A program made the position numbers and the translations under genes. From Candidatus Woesearchaeota archaeon (GTDB lineage Archaea; Nanobdellota; Nanobdellia; SCGC-AAA011-G17; JACPIM01): a DNA stretch of 40,860 nt. Below the pieces are notes generated by a model. The model saw only the letters and a program-made list of their open reading frames with translations. It had not been told where the DNA came from and searched no databases. The DNA lies in assembly GCA_965603615.1 (NCBI GenBank), contig CBFDDQ010000001.1, positions 1-40,860 on the forward strand, read 5' to 3'. This document shows positions 27,074 to 33,795 of the stretch, piece by piece (within the stretch, counting starts at the first letter, position 1; the number at the start of each line of letters is the position of its first letter).

Positions 27074-27547
27074 ATGACAGATTTAAAAGGAAAAGAAATT
27101 ATATTTTCAGAAAGATATATTCCAGATGGAAAAGTATCAAGAGAGTTAGAAGAGAAATTAACAACAGGTCTTAGTGCATTAAAAGATTTTATGGAATTAT
27201 TCTTTAAAAAAAGAAAAGGAAAAGATGAAACACCTTCCAATTATGAACTTTGTGAGATATATTCAATTGGGAGTATTTTAAGAGGAAGGGATACTTCTGA
27301 TGTAGATTTTTATTTTAGAACAAGAAATACAGGTGTAGAATATAATAATGTTGCAAAAACAGCTCTACACTTCTTATTAAATAAAGATGTTGAAAAACAT
27401 GATCAAATAGATGTTTATTTAGGGTCAGAAGAACCAAATATAACAGGTTTTTTTGCAGGTTGGCCAAAACATAATATTACTAATCAAGTTAGTCCTTTAA
27501 TAGAGAGTTATAATTCTAGTATAGAAGAATTAGTTAAAGAAGCCTAG
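27074..27547 (+). CDS. Pol-beta superfamily nucleotidyltransferase domain protein (MNT-like)
   Basis: 157 aa. IGSILRGRDTSDVDFYF gives G-S-x10-D-x-D. A downstream acidic QIDVYL completes the triad. Confidence 0.6.
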   Translation: MTDLKGKEIIFSERYIPDGKVSRELEEKLTTGLSALKDFMELFFKKRKGKDETPSNYELCEIYSIGSILRGRDTSDVDFYFRTRNTGVEYNNVAKTALHFLLNKDVEKHDQIDVYLGSEEPNITGFFAGWPKHNITNQVSPLIESYNSSIEELVKEA

Positions 27548-27586
27548 AATAACAATTTCTATTCTTTAGTATAAATCTTAATTAAC

Positions 27587-27610
27587 TAAAACTTTTAAGC
27601 AAAAATCAAA
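27587..27610 (+). repeat. 24-bp repeat, copy B (taaaacttttaagcaaaaatcaaa)
   Basis: Exact 24/24 match to copy A. It starts 120 nt before the xerA start. Confidence 0.8.
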
Positions 27611-27631
27611 ATATTCATTCCTTAGGTAAAT

Positions 27632-27659
27632 CCTTCGTATAATGCGGGTTATCGGAACC
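27632..27659. other. Candidate dif-like Xer recombination site
   Basis: ccTTCGTATAA-TGCGGG-TTATCGGAAcc has imperfect inverted arms (TTCGTATAA vs TTCCGATAA) around a 6-bp GC-rich spacer. The core is ATAA-N6-TTAT. It lies about 50 bp upstream of xerA. Confidence 0.45.
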
Positions 27660-27706
27660 ATCTAATGGTAACATAATTATATAAATAAGTTCGCATAATC
27701 AAATAT

Positions 27707-28573
27707 ATGCAAAAAGAGGATTTTATTAAGAAAATTGAAGTAGAGTTAAAAATATCAAAAAACTCAGATTATACAATAAAAAGTTATATTAAATCAAATT
27801 TAAAACTTTTAGATTTTGCTAAAAAACAACCAAAACAAATAACTCAAGATGATGTAAAAGCCTATCAAGCAGAGTATCTTTCTAATAAAGCCTCATCTAG
27901 TGTGATTTTATTCTTAGCAGCCATTAAGTATGCTTATGATACAATTTTTAGTAAAGATCCTACAAAAGGAATAAAAAGGCCAAAAAAAGAATCAAAAATT
28001 CCTATTGTATTAAGCAAAGATGAAGCAACAAGATTAATAGATTCTATTAATAATAAAAAGAGTAAATTAATGATAAGCTTAATTTACGCATGTGGTTTAA
28101 GAGTTTCAGAGCTAACTAATCTAAAAATTCAAGATTTAGATTTTAATCAGAGGATAGGTTATGCAAGACAAGCAAAAGGTAGAAAAGATAGAATTTTTAA
28201 TATACCTAACCTTTTGTATAATAAATTAAAAAAACAAGCAGAAAATAATGAAGAATATCTCTTTACAGGACCAAAAGGTAAACTAACAACAAGAAATATA
28301 CAAAAAATAGTAAGTAATGCAGCTAAAAAAGCAGGTATTGATAAGGCAGTTCATCCACATACTCTAAGGCATAGTTTTGCTACTCATTTGCTTGAAAATG
28401 GGATAAATATAAGAGAAATCCAAGAATTACTTGGTCATTCACAACTTGATACAACTGAAAAATATATTCATATTTCAGGGGAAAATTTAAAACAAATTAA
28501 AAGTCCACTTGATACTTTGATGGAGGAAAAAAATGAAAAAAAGAGATCAAACATTAAAGAAAAAAACACTTAA
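27707..28573 (+). CDS. xerA: XerA/XerC/D-type tyrosine recombinase
   Basis: 288 aa. GLRVSELTNL (Arg I), HPHTLRHSFATHLLENG (H-x-x-R), LLGHSQLDTTEKYIH (His and Tyr). Size and layout are typical of chromosomal Xer proteins. Confidence 0.9.
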   Translation: MQKEDFIKKIEVELKISKNSDYTIKSYIKSNLKLLDFAKKQPKQITQDDVKAYQAEYLSNKASSSVILFLAAIKYAYDTIFSKDPTKGIKRPKKESKIPIVLSKDEATRLIDSINNKKSKLMISLIYACGLRVSELTNLKIQDLDFNQRIGYARQAKGRKDRIFNIPNLLYNKLKKQAENNEEYLFTGPKGKLTTRNIQKIVSNAAKKAGIDKAVHPHTLRHSFATHLLENGINIREIQELLGHSQLDTTEKYIHISGENLKQIKSPLDTLMEEKNEKKRSNIKEKNT

Positions 28574-28838
28574 AAGAGATAATTATACATGCCAGAAATG
28601 TAAAATCCAAGATAAAACAGCAAAAACATTAGAAGCACATCATATAACTCCATTGTGTTATGGAGGGGAAAATAGCTTAAATAATCTTATTATTTTATGT
28701 TATGATTGTCATCACTTTGCCCCAAATAAAAAAGAAGAATTTAAAAAATATATGAAAGAAGAAATAGATGGTACTAGTACTATTCTCCTCAAAGCATGGC
28801 ATAAAGTTAGAAAAGAGCATCCAAAATTATTCAAATAA
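28533..28838 (+). CDS. HNH endonuclease
   Basis: 101 aa. CQKCK...EAHHITPLCYGGENSLNNLIILCYDCHH is the HNH/Cys4 motif. Overlaps the xerA 3' end by 41 nt. Confidence 0.85.
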   Translation: MKKRDQTLKKKTLKRDNYTCQKCKIQDKTAKTLEAHHITPLCYGGENSLNNLIILCYDCHHFAPNKKEEFKKYMKEEIDGTSTILLKAWHKVRKEHPKLFK

Positions 28839-28859
28839 AATCTTTAAGCAAAACCTAAA
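28836..28859 (+). repeat. Degenerate copy C of the 24-bp repeat (taaaatctttaagcaaaacctaaa)
   Basis: 19/24 identity to copies A and B. It begins with the HNH stop codon. Confidence 0.55.
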
Positions 28860-28906
28860 ACTTTCTGAAACAAAAACCTTTAATCAATACTTAAAAATAT
28901 TAGCAT

Positions 28907-28930
28907 TAAAAATCTTCAAGCAAAACTTAA
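28907..28930 (+). repeat. Degenerate copy D of the 24-bp repeat (taaaaatcttcaagcaaaacttaa)
   Basis: Shares the taaaa..tt.aagcaaaa..taaa frame with one indel. It starts about 126 nt before the next start codon (29033). Confidence 0.5.
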
Positions 28931-29032
28931 ACAATTTAATCTTTTTCTATCTCGTCGAGAAATAAAAAAGTTTATATACTCTCGTCGACACAATAAAAAA
29001 TATATTAATTTTAAAAAACAGGAGGAATTAAC

Positions 29033-29161
29033 ATGGGGAAAATTTTAGTAAAAAATGTAATAAAAAGAAAACCTGGCTTCCTTTACTATGTAGATGGAAA
29101 AGGTAATGTTTGCGAAGCAAAAATGTCTAGAGGCGGCAAAAGAAAGAAAAAGAAAAAATAA
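29033..29161 (+). CDS. Very small basic protein
   Basis: 42-aa ORF not in the track: MGKILVKNVIKRKPGFLYYVDGKGNVCEAKMSRGGKRKKKKK. A ggagg lies 8 nt upstream. A TATA-like tttatata is at 28971..28978. Confidence 0.5.
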   Translation: MGKILVKNVIKRKPGFLYYVDGKGNVCEAKMSRGGKRKKKKK

Positions 29162-29174
29162 ATCTTAAAAAGAG

Positions 29175-29411
29175 GTGTTTAACATAGCAGTCGCAGACTG
29201 GTTTTTAGCTAGAAGTGAAGCTTTTAGATTATTATTAACAAAATTTAGAAATCACAAACTAAATACAAGAAAATCTTTTTACAAAGTGAAACAAGTACAC
29301 AATGTTAATAACCAGAAACTAACAAATCTTCACAGAAGGTTGAGAACTATAGAAAACATACTAAAAACTATGCAAGAAGACAAGCCTAAGATAATAAAGA
29401 AAAATAAATAA
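29175..29411 (+). CDS. Hypothetical basic protein (GTG start)
   Basis: 78-aa ORF with only a GTG start, and basic and low-complexity. Weak support. Confidence 0.3.
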   Translation: MFNIAVADWFLARSEAFRLLLTKFRNHKLNTRKSFYKVKQVHNVNNQKLTNLHRRLRTIENILKTMQEDKPKIIKKNK

Positions 29412-29444
29412 TTTTATATATTCTTTTTTCTTTTTTTATATGTA

Positions 29445-30194
29445 ATGAAATACTTTAATTTAATTTTAATTATTCTTTTAATTTTGCCTTTAACATTTGC
29501 AGAAGAAATTAATCTACAAAAAAACAAACCAATAATTTTCAAAGAGGTTCAAATTAGTTTATTAACAGTGGGTAACTCAGGAACTTTAAGATTAAAAATT
29601 CAGGAACAGGAAAGATTATTAGAAAAATATGAAGAATTAATTCTTTATGATATAAAATTTAAAAATCTAGAATCAAATTATGTATCTCAATCAGCAAAAT
29701 TATCTCTAGACTTACATGCTGAATGTTTAGTAGATGAAGATTGCAAAGAATCAGATCCTTGTAGAAAATCAGTATGTAATCATAAAAATTGTGAATTTTC
29801 AGAAATTATACCTGGTTGTGTATTTGAAAGTGAATGCAGGTCTATTGGTTCATTCGAAGATGTAAATAACAAATTATCTTATTGTTCTGGGGAAGGATGG
29901 AAAACAAGAAAGTCTTATAAAGAAGAATGCAGACATAATTATGAATGTTTATCAAACTTATGTAACAATGTATGCTCAACAAGTTTATCAGGAGGTAGAA
30001 AATTGGCCAAATCATGGTTAATAATTATAATTGGTGCTATATTATTAGCTGAAGGTGCATTTATATTCTTAAAAACAAAAATTGCAAAATTAATAATGAA
30101 AAATGCTTCATTCTGGTCAGAAAAAACATGGAGAATAATTGCAGTTATAGAAATTTTATTTGCAGCAGCTTTAATTCTTTGGGCTTTGCTTTAA
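29445..30194 (+). CDS. Cysteine-rich surface protein with signal peptide and C-terminal TM anchors
   Basis: 249 aa. Signal-like N-terminus ILIILLILPLTFA. The Cys module ECLVDEDCKESDPCRKSVCNHKNCEF resembles the one in 126..869. There are two C-terminal TM segments. Confidence 0.7.
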   Translation: MKYFNLILIILLILPLTFAEEINLQKNKPIIFKEVQISLLTVGNSGTLRLKIQEQERLLEKYEELILYDIKFKNLESNYVSQSAKLSLDLHAECLVDEDCKESDPCRKSVCNHKNCEFSEIIPGCVFESECRSIGSFEDVNNKLSYCSGEGWKTRKSYKEECRHNYECLSNLCNNVCSTSLSGGRKLAKSWLIIIIGAILLAEGAFIFLKTKIAKLIMKNASFWSEKTWRIIAVIEILFAAALILWALL

Positions 30195-30883
30195 CCCAAA
30201 TAACTCAAATCTTTTTTCTCTTTTTCTTTTCCAGCTAACTTAGTCTTCTCAAATATGCCTTTCAGTTTAGTTTCAAACTTTTCAGCCTTCTCAATCAAAG
30301 GTTCAGTATCAACTTTTAAATTTAAATATTTGCCTAAACTTTCAATAACTTTTGCAGCCGCCCTTGAATCAGGTAATGCAGAGTGTGTCTCAGCAAATAT
30401 ACAGCTCAACTTCAAATTTTTTTTCAATAACAAAGCACCAGTTACACCCATTATAATTCCTTCATCTAACCTCTTCATATCACTTTTTTCTAATTTTTTG
30501 CTGAAATTTGTATAATAATAAGCATTGCTTTCTTTGCCCTGGTTCCCAACACCTTCTAAACTTATAACCTCTTTTGCATTTAATTTTTTAGCTAATTCTT
30601 GTATTAATTTTGCAAGTTTCCACTCAATACCTTGCACAGCTGTAACAGCATGAATTATAATCATATTATATTTTTTAACATAATAAATCCCAACAGGATC
30701 TATAACTTTTCCTTTATGAACAGCAACCATTGGTGGATTCTCTTCAATATTTATTTTCCCTATTTTTTCAGCACTCAAATGTTCAATTAAAAACTCTGTA
30801 GAAATCGTTGCAACCAACCCAAAACCAGGAAAACCTTCTATTATAATTGGGTTCTTTGGTTTCTTAGTTAATTCAAAATCCAT
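30191..30883 (-). CDS. PAC2-family proteasome assembly chaperone-like protein
   Basis: 230 aa. The N-terminus IIIEGFPGFGLVATISTEFLIEHL is typical of archaeal PAC2/PbaA-B proteins. The C-terminal tail is ...DLSYLG. Confidence 0.7.
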   Translation of the reverse strand: MDFELTKKPKNPIIIEGFPGFGLVATISTEFLIEHLSAEKIGKINIEENPPMVAVHKGKVIDPVGIYYVKKYNMIIIHAVTAVQGIEWKLAKLIQELAKKLNAKEVISLEGVGNQGKESNAYYYTNFSKKLEKSDMKRLDEGIIMGVTGALLLKKNLKLSCIFAETHSALPDSRAAAKVIESLGKYLNLKVDTEPLIEKAEKFETKLKGIFEKTKLAGKEKEKKDLSYLG

Positions 30884-30959
30884 AAGTAACTATTCTATTT
30901 TATTCTTTAAATATCTTTCCACAAGGTTTTTAAATCAAAATTTTTATATTAATCTATAT

Positions 30960-31078
30960 GGGCCCATAGCTCAACCTGGCTAGAGCACTTGACAAATTTG
31001 TGGGTGAAGCTCTTAAGCTCTAGGTTAAAACTAGACATAGAAACCAAGGGGTTGCGGGTTCAAATCCCGTTGGGCCCT
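30960..31078 (+). tRNA. tRNA-Lys(CUU) candidate with two introns (17 nt at 30/31, about 27 nt at 37/38)
   Basis: Acceptor GGGCCCA/TGGGCCC. D-arm GCTC-AACCTGGCTA-GAGC. T-arm GCGGG-TTCAAAT-CCCGT. Removing 30992..31008 and 31016..31042 gives the anticodon arm CTTGG-CTCTTAA-CCAAG and a 75-nt mature tRNA. Intron 1 sits in a perfect hBHBh' motif. No CCA is encoded. Confidence 0.7.
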
Positions 31079-31137
31079 TATATTTCACTTTAGAACTTTT
31101 AAAAAAAATAAAACACCTCTCCTTTTTTAGAAAAAAT

Positions 31138-31413
31138 TTATAATAAGTTTTTTATCTTCTCTATATTTTCAGCTATCTTCTCACCATTTGGTGTTAATCT
31201 TATTGTTTTAATTCTGCCTTGCTTTTCAAATTCTACTAACTTAGCCTTTTCCATCTCTTGTAAAATTTTTACTGCATGAGAATAAGTACAATCTACTTCT
31301 TTCGCTAAAACACTGCCATATCTATTTTTGTTTCCTTGTTTAAGGGATACAAGAATCATTGCAGGTTTTCTTCTGAAAAAAACCTCAAAAATATTTTTTG
31401 TCTTTTTGCCCAT
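31138..31413 (-). CDS. Winged-helix transcriptional regulator
   Basis: 91 aa. YGSVLAKEVDCTYSHAVKILQEMEKAKLVEFEKQGRIKTIRLTPNG is an ArsR/MarR-like wHTH. Confidence 0.7.
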   Translation of the reverse strand: MGKKTKNIFEVFFRRKPAMILVSLKQGNKNRYGSVLAKEVDCTYSHAVKILQEMEKAKLVEFEKQGRIKTIRLTPNGEKIAENIEKIKNLL

Positions 31414-31551
31414 TTAATATTCCCCCCTATGATTTATCTTTTTTGTTAATTAGGCTTGTATTTAAACCTTTCTTTTTATTATATATATTAAAACCATTAT
31501 TTTATAAGCTTTACCATAACCTTTATATAATTTCTCTCAAATAATAGAATT

Positions 31552-32859
31552 ATGCTTGATATTAAGTTTATTGTCGAAAATAAAAAGCTTATACAGGACA
31601 ATATAAAAAAGAGGAATCAACCAGAAAAACTGCCTTTAATAGGAGATATAATTTCAAAATTTAATAATTGGAAATCAATAAAAGTAAAACTAGATAATCT
31701 TAGGCATGAAAGAAATACTTTATCTAAAGAAATTAACACTCTAAAAAAACAAAACAAAGATATTTCAAAATTAATCAAGCAGGCAAAAGAACTCCCAAAG
31801 GAATTAGAAGAAGTTCAAAATAAAGAAAAAGAAATTAATAAAAAAATTCAAGATTTATTGTTTGAAATTCCTAATTTACTAAATAAAAATGTACCAAAAG
31901 GAAAAGATGAGAATGATAACAAAGAAATTAGAAAAGTAGGAAAAATTCCTAAAATAACTAATCCTCTTTCACATGTGGAACTAGGAGAAAAATTAGATAT
32001 TTTAGATTTTAAAACATCTGCAAAAATTACTGGAGCTGGATTTTATATTTTAAAAAAACAAGCAGCAATGTTAGAGAGAGCTTTAATCAATTTTATGTTA
32101 GACTTCCACAGCAAAAAAGGAAGAACAGAAATATGGTCACCGATTTTAGCAAAACCTGAAACAGCATTTGGTACAGCACACCTTCCAAAATTTGATCAAG
32201 ATATGTATAAAACAAGAGAAGGTCTTTATTTAATTCCAACAGCAGAAATGACTTTAACTAACCTGCATAGGGAGGAAGTTTTAAACGAAGAAGAACTTCC
32301 AAAATATTATTGTGCTTATACTCCTTGTTTTAGGACTGAAGCAGGAAAACATGGTACAGAAACTCAAGGTCTTTTTAGATTACATCAATTTGATAAAATA
32401 GAAATGGTTACATTATGCAAACCAAAAGATGAAGAAAAAGAATTAAAGAATATGTTATCTGATGCAGAAGAAATCTTAAAAAAATTAAAAGTTCCTTATA
32501 GAGTTATTATATTATGTTCTGGGGATACAGGTTTTAAAGAATCTATAACTTATGATATTGAAACATGGTCGCCTTTTTTAAAAAAATATATGGAAACCTC
32601 TTCTGTATCTACTTGCAGGGATTTTCAGGCAAGAAGAATGAATACAAAATATATAGAAAAAAATCAAAGAGAATATGTTTACACTTTAAATGGTTCTGGT
32701 CTAGCTTTACCAAGACTAATGATATCAATCCTAGAAAACAATCAGCAAAAAGATGGCTCAATTAAAATACCAACTGCACTACACAAATATTTAAATTTCA
32801 AAAAAATTGAATCTATTAAAAATGGCAAAAACAAGAGAACAAATAAAAGAAGAAATTGA
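31552..32859 (+). CDS. serS: Seryl-tRNA synthetase
   Basis: 435 aa. N-terminal coiled-coil arm. Class II motifs FRTEAG (motif 2) and GSGLALPRLM (motif 3). TGAGFY is present. Confidence 0.92.
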   Translation: MLDIKFIVENKKLIQDNIKKRNQPEKLPLIGDIISKFNNWKSIKVKLDNLRHERNTLSKEINTLKKQNKDISKLIKQAKELPKELEEVQNKEKEINKKIQDLLFEIPNLLNKNVPKGKDENDNKEIRKVGKIPKITNPLSHVELGEKLDILDFKTSAKITGAGFYILKKQAAMLERALINFMLDFHSKKGRTEIWSPILAKPETAFGTAHLPKFDQDMYKTREGLYLIPTAEMTLTNLHREEVLNEEELPKYYCAYTPCFRTEAGKHGTETQGLFRLHQFDKIEMVTLCKPKDEEKELKNMLSDAEEILKKLKVPYRVIILCSGDTGFKESITYDIETWSPFLKKYMETSSVSTCRDFQARRMNTKYIEKNQREYVYTLNGSGLALPRLMISILENNQQKDGSIKIPTALHKYLNFKKIESIKNGKNKRTNKRRN

Positions 32860-33112
32860 AGCAGGGGATAGAGAAAAAGATATCTATCAGGAATCCGGTA
32901 GAGAAGAATTAATGGAAGAGGAAGATTCAATAACAGATGTAGATGAAGGGTTTATGAAAGGTTATCAGGAAGATGAAAAGATGGCTATATGCCAGAACTG
33001 CAAAAAAATTCTAGATGATGAAGTTGTAGAGAAAGATTATGATGGTCAAACTTACAGGTTCTGTTGCGAACAATGTGCAGATAATTTTGATAAAAAGAGA
33101 GAGAAACAATAA
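32822..33112 (+). CDS. TRASH/YHS-type zinc-finger protein
   Basis: CQNCKK-x19-FCCEQC is the TRASH pattern, with an acidic N-terminus. I prefer the MAKTREQ start at 32822 to the 32807 start in the track. Confidence 0.6.
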   Translation: MAKTREQIKEEIEAGDREKDIYQESGREELMEEEDSITDVDEGFMKGYQEDEKMAICQNCKKILDDEVVEKDYDGQTYRFCCEQCADNFDKKREKQ

Positions 33113-33144
33113 CTTTTTAAACCATATTTCTTATACTAACAATT

Positions 33145-33741
33145 ATGAAAATATTAGCTTTAGGAGATATTCACGGAGATAAATCTTTAACAGAGAGACA
33201 AGCAGCTAGAGCTAAAAAAGAAAAAGTTGACTTAGTAGTTTTATGCGGGGACTTAACACAGGGAGAACAGTCAACAGAAGGCATAGTAGGCCCATTTATT
33301 AAAAATAAACTAAAAGTAGTATTAATACCAGGAAATCATGAAACTATAGCTACAGCAGACTTTCTTGCAGAATTATATAATGTTAAGAATCTTCATGGTT
33401 ATTACATAAAATATAAAGATATTGGTTTATTTGGTTGTGGTGGTGCAGACATAGGATTATCACAGTTATCAGACGAAGAAATATTCAAATCACTAAAGCA
33501 GGGTTTTCAGGGAGTTAAAGACCTTAAGAAAAAAATTATGGTAACACATATGCATCCAGCAAAAACAAAATCAGAATTCTCAGGTTTTAAAGGCAGTAAA
33601 AGCATAAGAAAAGCAATTGAAAAATTTAAGCCAGATGTAGCACTTTTCAGCCACATTCATGAAGGAGAAGGTTTAGAAGAAAAAATAGGAAAAACAAAAT
33701 TAATTAATGTTGGAAGAAAAGGCATAATTTTAGAAATTTAA
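33145..33741 (+). CDS. Calcineurin-like metallophosphoesterase
   Basis: 198 aa. Motifs are LALGDIHGD, VLCGDL, PGNHE, VTHMHP and FSHIHEG. Confidence 0.85.
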   Translation: MKILALGDIHGDKSLTERQAARAKKEKVDLVVLCGDLTQGEQSTEGIVGPFIKNKLKVVLIPGNHETIATADFLAELYNVKNLHGYYIKYKDIGLFGCGGADIGLSQLSDEEIFKSLKQGFQGVKDLKKKIMVTHMHPAKTKSEFSGFKGSKSIRKAIEKFKPDVALFSHIHEGEGLEEKIGKTKLINVGRKGIILEI

Positions 33742-33795
33742 CAACTTAACAATTATACAAAACATTTTTATATCTTTTTCTTTTTAAACACAAAA

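Noticed and set aside
27074-27547. A HEPN toxin partner for the MNT-like nucleotidyltransferase.
   Set aside because: No neighbouring ORF shows an R-x4-6-H HEPN motif, and the flanking space is occupied by the 24-bp repeats. The gene is therefore reported as a solitary nucleotidyltransferase.
30960-31078. Single-intron interpretations of the tRNA, which place the anticodon at AGA or GAA, or use the TCTAG-GTTAAAA-CTAGA hairpin as the anticodon arm (UAA).
   Set aside because: They give an A31-C39 mismatch, no U33, an A34 anticodon, or a Leu identity without a proper long variable arm. The two-intron solution gives a perfect arm and is supported by an exact BHB motif.
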